A stretch of DNA of 64,000 bases from NCBI GenBank assembly GCA_016930235.1, contig JAFGHI010000045.1, forward strand, positions 7,947-71,946, written 5' to 3'. A model generated the notes under the pieces. It made no database searches and was not told where the DNA came from. It saw only the letters and a program-made list of their open reading frames with translations. Positions 18,843-27,904 of the stretch are shown here, one piece after another. The stretch is from Candidatus Omnitrophota bacterium. GTDB taxonomy: Bacteria; Omnitrophota; Omnitrophia; Omnitrophales; Aquincolibacteriaceae. Position 1 is the first letter of the stretch. Every line of letters starts with the position of its first letter. Position numbers and translations under genes: made by a program.

Positions 18843-21104
18843 TTAGCCGGAACTTTCCGGCATCAGTTGCTGATGAATCGCTTCGGCCGCACGCCGGCCC
18901 GCACCCATCGCAGCGATCACAGTCGCCGCTCCTGAAACAATATCGCCGCCGGCATACACAAACGGTTTAGAGGTCAACCCTGATTCATTTTCCACGATAA
19001 TGTTGCCGCGATCAGTTGTTTGAATATCTGGTGCACTTTGGAGGGCGATGGGGTGGGGACCGTTTCCGATGGCGACAATTACCATCTCGACATCCAGGAC
19101 GAATTCCGAATTAGAAACCGGAATCGGCCGCTTTCGGCCGGAGGCATCCGGTTCACCCAACCCCATTCTTTGGCATTCAAGGCCTTTGACCCAGCCCTGG
19201 TCGTTACCGAGAATACGGACAGGGTTCGTGAGAAACTGGAATAAGATACCTTCATCTTCTCCGTGGTGAATTTCCTCGCGGCGTGCCGGCATTTCTTCGC
19301 GGCTTCTTCGGTAAACGAGGAAAACTTTTTTTGCGCCAAGCCGTAAAGCAGTACGGGCCGTATCCATCGCAACATTTCCACCCCCGATCACCGCGATCCG
19401 GTCCCGCTTCAAGATCGGCGTTTCGTATTTCGGGTCATAAGCCTTCATCAGGTTGGTGCGCGTCAGATATTCATTAGCGGACATGACACCATTTAAATTT
19501 TCTCCGGGGATTCCAAGGAAGAGGGGAAGCCCCGCGCCTGTTCCCAGGAAAACGGCATCGAACCCCTGCTTTAGGAGGTCGTCGATCGAGAGGACCTTTC
19601 CGATAATCGTATTGAGTTTGATTTCAACGCCCAATTTTTTGACGTAATCCACTTCGGCTTCGACGATGTCTTTCGGCAGACGGTATTCCGGGATTCCATA
19701 AGTCAGGACGCCGCCTGTTTTATGGAAGGCCTCAAAGATCGTAACCTTATGTCCGAGTTTGGCGAGGTCTCCGGCCGCGGTCAGGCCGGCAGGCCCGGCA
19801 CCGATAATGGCAACCTTTTTCCCGGTAGGGGAAGCCGGCCGTGGGATTTTAATTTTGCCGTGCTCACGTTCGTAATCGGCGGCGAATCTTTCCAAATGAC
19901 CGATCGCAACGGGGTCGCCGCGTTGTCCGACGATACATTTTTCTTCGCATTGAGTCTCCTGCGGACAAACACGGCCGCAAATCGCAGGCAGGCTGTTGTC
20001 TTCTTTCAGTTTTTCGGCGGCCTCGATAAATTGGCCGTGAGCGATCAAACGGATAAATTCCGGAATTTTGATATTGACAGGACAGCCCTCGATGCAAAGC
20101 GGTTTCTTGCATTGAAGGCAGCGGGAGGCCTCGGCTTTTGCCTGTTCCGGAGTATAACCGTATGGAACTTCTTCGAAATTCCGGATCCTTTCTTTCGGAT
20201 CCTGTTCCGGCATCGGTTGGCGCGGCAGGCGTTTTTCGTTGTCGGCGGCTTCCTGAATGGCGACATCACAAAGGCCTGCCCGGTGGATATATTGAGTCGT
20301 CCGGCGTTTTTCGGGTTCCTGTTCATAAATGGTCATCCGCTGCTGGAGTTCGCGAAAGTCGACAAGATGACCGTCAAATTCCGGCCCGTCGACGCAGACA
20401 AAACGGGTTTCATCGCCGACCGTAACCCGGCAGCTTCCGCACATGCCTGTGCCGTCGACGATAATGGGATTCAGGCTTACGATCGTTTTGAGCGCGAAAG
20501 GTTTTGTCGTGTTACAGACTGCTTGCATGGCCGGCACAGGCCCGACACAAAATGCGATATCGAATTTTTTCCCCTCCGAGAGCATTTTTGCTAAGATCTG
20601 AGTTGGATAACCTTTGAGGCCTTTGGACCCGTCATCCGTGGCGATTTCTAAGCGGTTGCTTATCTTCCTCATTTCATCTTCAAGGATGATCAGATCCTTC
20701 GTGCGTGCGCTTAAAATGGAAGTCACTTGGTTGCCGGCCTCTTTGAGCGCCCTTGCCATCGGCCAGATCAGGGCAATCCCAAGGCCGCAGCCGAGACAGA
20801 CGACCTTCCCGAATTTTTCGATGTGGGTCGGTTGTCCCAAAGGTCCCGCGACATCGAGGATAAAATCGCCTTCGCCGAGTTTTCCAAGCTGACGGGTTGA
20901 TTTTCCCATTTCCTGGAAGATGATGGTGATCGTGCCTTCCTTCAGGTTTGTGTCGGCGATGGTTAAGGGGATCCTTTCGCCTTCTTCTTCAATGCGGAAA
21001 ATGACGAATTGCCCGGTTTTTCGCGCCAGGGCAATTTCCGGAGCTTTCACCCGAATCAGGTAGGTACTTTCAGCTATTTTTTTCTTTTCGACGATTTCGT
21101 TCAT
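18843..21104 (-). CDS. Fused NfnA-NfnB / SudB-SudA-like oxidoreductase (PyrK-like FAD/[2Fe-2S] module fused to a GltD-like NAD(P)H:Fd module)
   Basis: The N-terminal ~280 aa resemble a ferredoxin-NADP reductase/PyrK module with a CGSCRV [2Fe-2S] motif. The C-terminal ~470 aa have 2x[4Fe-4S] CxxCxxxC motifs (CLQCKKPLCIEGCP), a GAGPAGL FAD-binding site and a GGGNVAMD NAD(P)-binding site. Both modules lie in one 753 aa reading frame. Confidence 0.7.
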   Translation of the reverse strand: MNEIVEKKKIAESTYLIRVKAPEIALARKTGQFVIFRIEEEGERIPLTIADTNLKEGTITIIFQEMGKSTRQLGKLGEGDFILDVAGPLGQPTHIEKFGKVVCLGCGLGIALIWPMARALKEAGNQVTSILSARTKDLIILEDEMRKISNRLEIATDDGSKGLKGYPTQILAKMLSEGKKFDIAFCVGPVPAMQAVCNTTKPFALKTIVSLNPIIVDGTGMCGSCRVTVGDETRFVCVDGPEFDGHLVDFRELQQRMTIYEQEPEKRRTTQYIHRAGLCDVAIQEAADNEKRLPRQPMPEQDPKERIRNFEEVPYGYTPEQAKAEASRCLQCKKPLCIEGCPVNIKIPEFIRLIAHGQFIEAAEKLKEDNSLPAICGRVCPQETQCEEKCIVGQRGDPVAIGHLERFAADYEREHGKIKIPRPASPTGKKVAIIGAGPAGLTAAGDLAKLGHKVTIFEAFHKTGGVLTYGIPEYRLPKDIVEAEVDYVKKLGVEIKLNTIIGKVLSIDDLLKQGFDAVFLGTGAGLPLFLGIPGENLNGVMSANEYLTRTNLMKAYDPKYETPILKRDRIAVIGGGNVAMDTARTALRLGAKKVFLVYRRSREEMPARREEIHHGEDEGILFQFLTNPVRILGNDQGWVKGLECQRMGLGEPDASGRKRPIPVSNSEFVLDVEMVIVAIGNGPHPIALQSAPDIQTTDRGNIIVENESGLTSKPFVYAGGDIVSGAATVIAAMGAGRRAAEAIHQQLMPESSG

Positions 21105-21364
21105 AAGAAAAGATCTTCCAATACATCTTCTGGAGTATTTTTCAGCTTTTCCTTTGTCGGCAGTATAACACTTTTAGGTATTCAATCAAAAAAAGGAATC
21201 CCTCGCAATGGATTTCCTTAAAAGATCGGTCCGTAGGATAACCCCTGGATTTTGATCCCGCTTGATGGTAGGATGAAACCCTTAAGCGGATAAGCAGGTT
21301 TTTGGGTCGATCTGGGTTTGTGGGTTCAAAAACAGATTTTCTTTTGAATCATTGAGGGACTTCG

Positions 21365-21532
21365 ATGAAATTCCTTCACCAACAGGCAAGTTTATTCCAA
21401 AAGGTAGGGTGCCTTTTCTGCATCTTGGTTTTTTTTAGCGGGTGCAGCATTCTGGAATGGGATAAAGAACCCCGGGCGTATGATCCTGTCGGGAATCCCA
21501 TTACGGCTTCGACTGCCTACTCTACCTATTAG
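21365..21532 (+). CDS. Small lipoprotein (55 aa), not in ORF track
   Basis: MKFLHQQASLFQKVGCLFCILVFFSGCSILEWDKEPRAYDPVGNPITASTAYSTY*. Lipobox FSGC. I translated it codon by codon. Confidence 0.45.
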   Translation: MKFLHQQASLFQKVGCLFCILVFFSGCSILEWDKEPRAYDPVGNPITASTAYSTY

Positions 21533-21572
21533 AGAATAAACCGGGACCGGGAAACAACCGGTGGGAGTGGGG

Positions 21573-21728
21573 ATGGTAAAGAAAATCTTCTGCAATGTTC
21601 TAATCCTTATAGCCTTGGTTTTTGTTTTGAGCGGGTGTGCGATGATGAGAAAGACCGTTGATGTCACGGGAACGGCGATACGGTCGATGATCCACTTGCC
21701 GATTGATATCGTCACACGATACCTTTAG
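21573..21728 (+). CDS. Small lipoprotein (51 aa), entericidin-like architecture, not in ORF track
   Basis: MVKKIFCNVLILIALVFVLSGCAMMRKTVDVTGTAIRSMIHLPIDIVTRYL*. Lipobox LSGC. Purine-rich RBS GGGAGTGGGG lies upstream. Confidence 0.45.
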   Translation: MVKKIFCNVLILIALVFVLSGCAMMRKTVDVTGTAIRSMIHLPIDIVTRYL

Positions 21729-21745
21729 ACCGATCCATTTTAAAA

Positions 21746-22459
21746 ATGTCCGATCAGTTTGTCACAATTCATTTTTCCAAAAGGCTCAATGCTTTCTTGA
21801 AAAATTCCAGAAAAGGAAAGAGATTCCGTTTTTTCTTTCACGGGGGTCCGACGCTGGGGGACCTTGTTGAATCTTTAGGAGTCCCTCATACGGAAGTCGG
21901 CAGGGTCCGCGTCAATCAAAAGAAAGCGACACTTAAGCGTCATCTCAAATCCGGAGATGCGATTGATATCGATCCCAATCAAGCTATCCCCGGGCGAACG
22001 CCGAAATTTATTCTTGATGTCCATTTAGGGAAGCTTGCCCGTTATTTACGGATTTTTGGTTTTGATACCCTCTACAAGAATGATTGGACGGATCGCCAGA
22101 TCGTGGAGCTTGCCGTGAAGCTCAATCGTTTCGTCCTGACCCGTGATGTCGGGATCCTGAAACATAAGCGGATCCGCAAGGGATATTGGGTCCGGCAAAC
22201 AGATCCCGAAAAACAGATCCGGGAATTAATGGAGCGCTTAAGCCTTTATGGGAAAACAAATCCGTTCCGGATTTGTCTTGCCTGTAACGGAAGATTGAGG
22301 CGGGTTCCTAAAGAGAAAGTAGCCGATCGCCTTCCTTTGAAAACGCGTCAATATTTCGACCGGTTTTACCGATGTAAAGGTTGTCATAAAATTTACTGGC
22401 CCGGGTCTCATTATGAGAGAATGAAGGCGTTTGTAGAGGCTAACTCGAGGAGTTCTTGA
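21746..22459 (+). CDS. Mut7-C RNase domain (DUF82) protein with N-terminal ubiquitin-like domain and C-terminal zinc ribbon
   Basis: KFILDVHLGKLARYLRIFGFDT is the Mut7-C/PIN-like signature. C-terminal CLACNGRL...CKGCHKIYWPGSHY is a zinc ribbon. The N-terminal ~80 aa form a beta-grasp-like region. Confidence 0.6.
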   Translation: MSDQFVTIHFSKRLNAFLKNSRKGKRFRFFFHGGPTLGDLVESLGVPHTEVGRVRVNQKKATLKRHLKSGDAIDIDPNQAIPGRTPKFILDVHLGKLARYLRIFGFDTLYKNDWTDRQIVELAVKLNRFVLTRDVGILKHKRIRKGYWVRQTDPEKQIRELMERLSLYGKTNPFRICLACNGRLRRVPKEKVADRLPLKTRQYFDRFYRCKGCHKIYWPGSHYERMKAFVEANSRSS

Positions 22460-23439
22460 TGCTGCGTTTTTTATGGAATCAGATGATGCACCGTCGCCGG
22501 ATGCAGGAATGCGGCGATTTGATGGTCGACTCTATTCTGGATTTAAAGGAAGAGCAGACGGGCGGCCCGAAAAAAAAGATCCGGATCGGTTTTGCCAAGT
22601 TCCCTTGCGGTTTTAATCCTGACGAATGGAATGTGATGCGTCTTCTACGGCAGGTTTATGATTTTGAGATAACCGACCAGCCAGACTTTCTTTTTTATTC
22701 CATTTTCGACGGGGACATGCCCCGAGGGCGTTCTATCAAGATCTACTGGTGCTTGGAAAATTTAAAGCCGAATTTTGATGAATGCGATTGGGCCTTCAGC
22801 CAGAATTATGATGAGGATATTCAGAACCCCAAACATTACAGGTTTCCCATCTATATGTTTGTGGACTTAAAAAAGAAGGCCGTTGATTTTGACAAGCTGA
22901 GGGAAGAGAAAAGAAAATTTTGCAATTTCCTTTACTCTCACGAGGTTCCTTCCCGGAATGATTTTTTCAAGAAGTTGAGCCGTTACAAGAGGATTGATTC
23001 TCCGGGGCGGTGCATGAACAACCAGGCAGGCTTTGACCCTCCGGGCTTCATGGTGTCCTGGCTGGGAGACAGGAGCTGGCAGGAGCGGACGATGCTTTTC
23101 CTGAGCCGGTACAAATTTACGGTCGCCTTTGAAAATACTTCTTACCCGGGTTATTTATCCGAAAAACTTTACCATCCGATGCTCGTCAATAGTATCCCTA
23201 TTTATTGGGGGAATTCCAGGATTGACCGTGATTTTAATACAAAATCATTTTTGAATTATCATGATTATCCCAACGAAGAGGCTTTTATCGAGAGAATTAT
23301 TGAAGTGGACAAAAGAGATGATTTATACGAACAATATCTCAAAGAACCTTGGTGGGTGGGGGACGAACCGCCCCAGGGAGCCAGTCAGAAAAAACTGGTG
23401 CAGCATTTCAAGAAAATCTTTGGAGATTCGATTCGATGA
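22459..23439 (+). CDS. Glycosyltransferase family 10 (alpha-1,3/4-fucosyltransferase-like)
   Basis: FTVAFENTSYPGYLSEKLYHPMLVNSIPIYWG matches the GT10 FucT motif. The start could also be an internal Met. Confidence 0.55.
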   Translation: MLRFLWNQMMHRRRMQECGDLMVDSILDLKEEQTGGPKKKIRIGFAKFPCGFNPDEWNVMRLLRQVYDFEITDQPDFLFYSIFDGDMPRGRSIKIYWCLENLKPNFDECDWAFSQNYDEDIQNPKHYRFPIYMFVDLKKKAVDFDKLREEKRKFCNFLYSHEVPSRNDFFKKLSRYKRIDSPGRCMNNQAGFDPPGFMVSWLGDRSWQERTMLFLSRYKFTVAFENTSYPGYLSEKLYHPMLVNSIPIYWGNSRIDRDFNTKSFLNYHDYPNEEAFIERIIEVDKRDDLYEQYLKEPWWVGDEPPQGASQKKLVQHFKKIFGDSIR

Positions 23440-24689
23440 AAGTTGCCTTCGATGTGACGGCGCTTGTTATTTATTACTTTACGGGTGTCCAAAGGTATGT
23501 TGTGGAACTTCTGGCCGAGTACAAGCGCGTTCCGGAAGTCGAATCGCTGAAACTTTTTTATAATTCGGTCAAATTTCCGAATTTTTCGGACCTTAATTTC
23601 CGGGAATTGTCCCAAGCAGGCCTTCCCAAGCCTACCAAGATCCGGGGCCCTCTTTACTTTGATCAGAAGAATTTCGGCGAAAAATATCCTCCGTTTTTAG
23701 CCAAAAACGCATCCCTTTCAGTCTCGGCCTATAATCGTTTCGTCAGGAGCCAAGCAGTTTTAGGCTATCTTCGTGGCAGGTATCGGAAGTTTTTCAAAGA
23801 GACACAGCTGGTTCATTTTCCCTACCACTGTGCGCCGGAACAACTTAGGCAGTTTACCGGAATTTTTCCCGATTGTCCTCGGGTCGCAACGATTCATGAT
23901 ATCGTCCCGGTTTTGTTCCCCGAACAGTTTAAACCTTTGCAGGTCAAAAGTTTTACGGAAGCGATTCAGGCGACGGTCGAGGGCTGCCATGGTTTTATCA
24001 CAGCCTCGGAGTCATCCAAGAAAGATTTTGTCCGTCATTTTTCCGTGCCGGAAAATAAAATGTTTGTGATTCATCATGCAGTCAATCCATCCTTCTATCC
24101 CATCCCGGAGCCGAAATGCCAAAAGATTTTGGAGACGTGGCAGTTAAAGTATAAATCTTATTTCCTCTCGCTTTCCCCGGAAGATCCGAGAAAAAATGTT
24201 CCGCGCATTTTGGCGGCTTACCTCAAGTTTGCCGGGGGTGCTCAAGATGTTCCTAAAATGGTTGTTATGGGGCGTTTAAAAAACAAAAAGGGAACAGTGA
24301 TAGATTCCTACAAACCTTTTTTGAATGATCCGCGTATCGTTTTCCTGGGGGAAATGGACAGCAATCTTGTTCCGTATCTGTTCAATGGAGCCGTTGCTCT
24401 TGTGTTTCCGTCTCTTTATGAGGGTTTCGGGCTTCCTGTGCTGGAGGCCATGCAATCCGGAACTCCGGTGATTTCTTCCCGTGAAGGATCGCTTGCCGAA
24501 ATTGGAGGGGATGCGGCCTATTTTGTCGATCCGTATCAGGTATCAAGTCTGGAAGAAGCGATGAGGCGGATCTTTGAAGACAAAGGGCTTTGCGAAGTTC
24601 TGTCGCGTAAAGGGCTTGAGTATGCCGGAAATTTTTCTTGGGAAAAAACAGCATCTGAAACACTCGATGTTTATAGGAAGTTCATCTAG
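23436..24689 (+). CDS. Glycosyltransferase family 4 (GT-B, RfaG-like)
   Basis: C-terminal EGFGLPVLEAMQSGTPVISS GT4 motif. ATG 23436 overlaps the upstream stop as ATGA. Confidence 0.75.
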   Translation: MKVAFDVTALVIYYFTGVQRYVVELLAEYKRVPEVESLKLFYNSVKFPNFSDLNFRELSQAGLPKPTKIRGPLYFDQKNFGEKYPPFLAKNASLSVSAYNRFVRSQAVLGYLRGRYRKFFKETQLVHFPYHCAPEQLRQFTGIFPDCPRVATIHDIVPVLFPEQFKPLQVKSFTEAIQATVEGCHGFITASESSKKDFVRHFSVPENKMFVIHHAVNPSFYPIPEPKCQKILETWQLKYKSYFLSLSPEDPRKNVPRILAAYLKFAGGAQDVPKMVVMGRLKNKKGTVIDSYKPFLNDPRIVFLGEMDSNLVPYLFNGAVALVFPSLYEGFGLPVLEAMQSGTPVISSREGSLAEIGGDAAYFVDPYQVSSLEEAMRRIFEDKGLCEVLSRKGLEYAGNFSWEKTASETLDVYRKFI

Positions 24690-24812
24690 AGTATCGGGAA
24701 CTTCCTAGACAAAAAATCCGTTCTATTGTAATATCCCAAATCGAGCTCCTAAGGAAACGGGAAGTCATTATCCGAATCGAAAAGAGTCTAACTTGTTTTA
24801 AGGGAGAGTGTT

Positions 24813-25145
24813 ATGAGTCATGAGAAAAATATTACCGACGGCAACTTTCAATCCGAAGTCCTCGAGTCCAACACTCCTGTCTTAGTGGATTTTTGGGCCG
24901 AGTGGTGCGCTCCTTGCCGGATGCTTGCTCCTGTGATTGAACGCATTGCTCAGGTCAATGAAGGAAAGATCATTGTGGGGAAAATGAATGTTGATGACAA
25001 CCCCAACGCGCCGCAAAAGTACGGCATTCAGGGGATTCCAGCGCTTTTGCTTTTTAAAGACGGGCAGGTTGTCCAGCAGATCGTGGGATTTCAGTCTCAG
25101 GAGAATATTCAACGTCTTATTGATGAAACCGTCGGAGTGGCATAA
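24813..25145 (+). CDS. trxA: Thioredoxin
   Basis: WAEWCAPCRMLAP active site; 110 aa. Confidence 0.9.
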   Translation: MSHEKNITDGNFQSEVLESNTPVLVDFWAEWCAPCRMLAPVIERIAQVNEGKIIVGKMNVDDNPNAPQKYGIQGIPALLLFKDGQVVQQIVGFQSQENIQRLIDETVGVA

Positions 25146-25173
25146 TAGGATAAAATTTCTTCTCTTGATCAAA

Positions 25174-25222
25174 AAGGACGGTTTCCAAAGGGAGTGCCCT
25201 TGAAGAAACCGTCCTTTTTCTT
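25174..25222 (+). terminator. Rho-independent terminator after trxA
   Basis: AAGGACGGTTTC ... GAAACCGTCCTT stem followed by TTTTTC. Confidence 0.65.
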
Positions 25223-25243
25223 AAAGGGGAAAGGGGATTTTGC

Positions 25244-26200
25244 ATGAACTATCGAAGGCTTGGAAGGACAGGCTTGAAGGTCTCAGAGATCGGTTTTGGC
25301 TGCTGGGCCATCGGGGGCACAAGCTACGGTCCGACGAAGGATGAGGATTCTCTTTTGGCTTTGGAAACGGCTTGGAACGCCGGCGTCAATTTTTTTGATA
25401 CGGCCGATACCTACGGACACGGGCACAGCGAAGAACTTCTGGCCCGTTTTTTAAAAGGCAAGCCGCGCGATAAGGTTGTTCTAGCCAGCAAAGTCGGCTG
25501 GGATTTTTATCACGGCGGAAGCAAAAAGAATTTTTCGCCGGATTACATTGAGTTCGCCTGCGAACAAAGTCTCAAACGTTTGGGGGTTGAGACTTTGGAT
25601 CTTTATCAGCTCCACAATCCTAAATTGGAATTGATCCAGCAGGGTGAGGTTTGGGGGGTGTTAGAAAAACTCAAGACTTCGGGCAAGATCCGGTATATCG
25701 GGGTCTCCATTCACCGGGAAGAGGAAGGCTTGGCCGTGATGGAAGACGGCTGTGTGGATACCCTGCAGCTTGTTTTTAATTTGATCGAACAGGACCATGC
25801 CGAGCGGGTCTTTCCGGCGGCGAAGGAAAACGACATCGGAATTCTGGCGCGCGAACCCCTGGCTTGCGGACTCCTGTCGGGGAAATATTCACCCGAACAC
25901 CAATTCTTGAAGACCGATCATCGGAACCGCTGGACCCAAGAGAAACGCACATTAGATTATGAGAAGATTGAACGCCTGAGGGCGATTCTTGCGACAGACA
26001 GGCTTTCTATGGTGCAGGCGGCGCTGGAATATATCTTGCAGTTTGATGCGGTGTCGACCGTGATTCCCGGAGCGAAGACGAAAGAACAAGTTTTGGAAAA
26101 TCTGAAAGCGACCTTGGACCCCAAGCTCCGGATTCAGGAGGCGGATCATCTGCGCGGAATGTACCAACGTGAAGAAATTTTCAGTAAGAGGATCGGCTGA
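25244..26200 (+). CDS. Aldo/keto reductase family oxidoreductase
   Basis: MNYRRLGRTGLKVSEIGFGCWAIGG and ...DTADTYG... AKR signature. Confidence 0.85.
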   Translation: MNYRRLGRTGLKVSEIGFGCWAIGGTSYGPTKDEDSLLALETAWNAGVNFFDTADTYGHGHSEELLARFLKGKPRDKVVLASKVGWDFYHGGSKKNFSPDYIEFACEQSLKRLGVETLDLYQLHNPKLELIQQGEVWGVLEKLKTSGKIRYIGVSIHREEEGLAVMEDGCVDTLQLVFNLIEQDHAERVFPAAKENDIGILAREPLACGLLSGKYSPEHQFLKTDHRNRWTQEKRTLDYEKIERLRAILATDRLSMVQAALEYILQFDAVSTVIPGAKTKEQVLENLKATLDPKLRIQEADHLRGMYQREEIFSKRIG

Positions 26201-26203
26201 GTC

Positions 26204-27406
26204 ATGAAGTATGCCTTTATTGTCCCGGATGGATTAGGGGACTGGCCCTTTCAAGGTTTGGGAAACAAAACCCCCCTTGAAGTGGCGAAGATTCCCCACT
26301 TGAACGGCCTTTCTCAAAAGTCGATTTTGGGAACTTTGAAGACAGTCCCTGACGGAATGTATCCAGGGAGTGATGTCTGCGGGCTGAGTTTGCTGGGTTA
26401 TGATCCGTCGCAGTCCTATTCCGGCAGGGCCCCGCTTGAAGCGGCCAATCTCGGACTGATCTTAAAAGAGGGAGAGATGGCCTACCGTACCAATTTGGTG
26501 ACGGTGGAAGGCGATATTCTCGCGGATTACAGTGCCGGTCACGTTTCCACAGAAGAAGCGGTTCTTTTGATTAACGCCGTCGAAGAAAAACTCGGGAGCG
26601 ATAAAATCACTTTTTATCCCGGGAAGATGTATCGCCACATTATGATCGACCGCCGGGGGAAACGGGGTAAGATCGAGATGGATCCGCCTCATGATTATAT
26701 GGGCGAACCTTACGGGAAACACTGGCCGCGGGGTGAGGGTGCAGATTTTTTTATTGATCTCATGAAACGTTCGCGTGACTTTCTGGAAAATCATCCCGTC
26801 AATCAAAAGCGGGCCGCTGAAGGCAAAAGGAAAGCCAATATGATTTGGCTTTGGGGAGGAGGGACATCCCCGAAGATTGTCCCGTTTGAAGAAAAATTCA
26901 AAGTTCAGGGCGGGGTCATTTCGGCTGTGGATTTGGTCAACGGGATCGGCCGTTACATCGGTTTGGAAATCATCAACGTTCCGGGTGCGACGGGTTATTT
27001 CGATACCGATTACAAAGCCAAGGGGCAGTACGCCTCCAAGGCTTTGGATAGACTCGATTTGATTTACGTTCATATCGAAGCGACCGATGAAGCCGGCCAT
27101 GTCGGAGACGCAAAAGAAAAAGTGAAGGCGATTGAAGAAATCGACCGCCATATTGTGGGGCCCGTTCTTACGCGTTTAAAAAAGGAAAATGAGTGGCGGA
27201 TGTGTGTTGTCCCCGACCACTATACGCCGCTTGAGAAAAAGACCCATGTGGCGGACCCCGTCCCGTTTATTTTTGCGGGCTCGGATGTCCGGGAAGCGTC
27301 GAGTCTTTCCTATACGGAAAAGAATGCAAGCCAAACAGGTATTAAGATTGAAAAAGGTTATGAACTTATGTCAAAATTGATCCGCGGCTGGAAGAGTTCG
27401 GCTTGA
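26204..27406 (+). CDS. apgM: Cofactor-independent phosphoglycerate mutase, archaeal-type (ApgM family)
   Basis: Alkaline-phosphatase-superfamily metal ligands (VPDGLGD, HIEATDEAGH, VVPDHYTP); about 400 aa. Confidence 0.75.
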   Translation: MKYAFIVPDGLGDWPFQGLGNKTPLEVAKIPHLNGLSQKSILGTLKTVPDGMYPGSDVCGLSLLGYDPSQSYSGRAPLEAANLGLILKEGEMAYRTNLVTVEGDILADYSAGHVSTEEAVLLINAVEEKLGSDKITFYPGKMYRHIMIDRRGKRGKIEMDPPHDYMGEPYGKHWPRGEGADFFIDLMKRSRDFLENHPVNQKRAAEGKRKANMIWLWGGGTSPKIVPFEEKFKVQGGVISAVDLVNGIGRYIGLEIINVPGATGYFDTDYKAKGQYASKALDRLDLIYVHIEATDEAGHVGDAKEKVKAIEEIDRHIVGPVLTRLKKENEWRMCVVPDHYTPLEKKTHVADPVPFIFAGSDVREASSLSYTEKNASQTGIKIEKGYELMSKLIRGWKSSA

Positions 27407-27427
27407 AGCCGGCCAAGGAAGGGGGAT

Positions 27428-27871
27428 GTGATGGGATACTTTTCAAAACCGATTCATGATGGAGTGAAAGAGGGCGAAAGAAGGATGGCCCGGAGAATGC
27501 AGGCCTCGGAAGATTTCTTTATCGAGATCCGGAGGGGTCGAATATTCAAGCAGTCTCTGATCGGGTACGGGCAGGATATTTCCACCGAAGGGATCCGTTT
27601 TCTGACGTTCAAAAAACTCAAGAAAAAGGCCAGGCTGGATCTCCATCTTTATTTCTCGCCGCAATTTCCGGGTGCGCGCTCAGTCAGGATCCCAGCCGCG
27701 ATACGAAGGGTTGTCAAACCCAAGGGGAGTAAACTTTACGGCGTAGGTTGTTCTTTCCTGTCCAAACACAAACAGCATTCGAATGAACTTGAAACGATCA
27801 GGCAGTTTGTCTGGTGGTATGAGCTTCACCGATTGCCCGTTGAGCGAGAAGTAGCTTTAAGTGCGGTTTAA
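27428..27871 (+). CDS. PilZ-domain protein (putative c-di-GMP receptor)
   Basis: The RRMARR ... DISTEGIRF arrangement resembles the PilZ RxxxR / D-x-S-x-x-G binding motifs. Confidence 0.4.
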   Translation: MMGYFSKPIHDGVKEGERRMARRMQASEDFFIEIRRGRIFKQSLIGYGQDISTEGIRFLTFKKLKKKARLDLHLYFSPQFPGARSVRIPAAIRRVVKPKGSKLYGVGCSFLSKHKQHSNELETIRQFVWWYELHRLPVEREVALSAV

Positions 27872-27904
27872 AATCTCTTTGAATTCCCGAGTGTCCTTAT
27901 TTTC

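Noticed and set aside
19020-20892. Cluster of + strand ORFs (19722..20594 at 290 aa, and others) inside the nfn-like gene
   Set aside because: All lie antisense within a 753 aa minus-strand ORF that has continuous, motif-rich similarity to NfnA/NfnB. They are low-complexity Arg/Gly/Pro-rich translations typical of antisense GC-rich frames.
21392-21715. 107 aa minus-strand ORF in the nfn/Mut7-C intergenic region
   Set aside because: It overlaps two + strand micro-lipoprotein ORFs that have clean signal peptides, lipoboxes and upstream RBS-like sequence. Its own product has no features, and the window is otherwise co-directional on the + strand.
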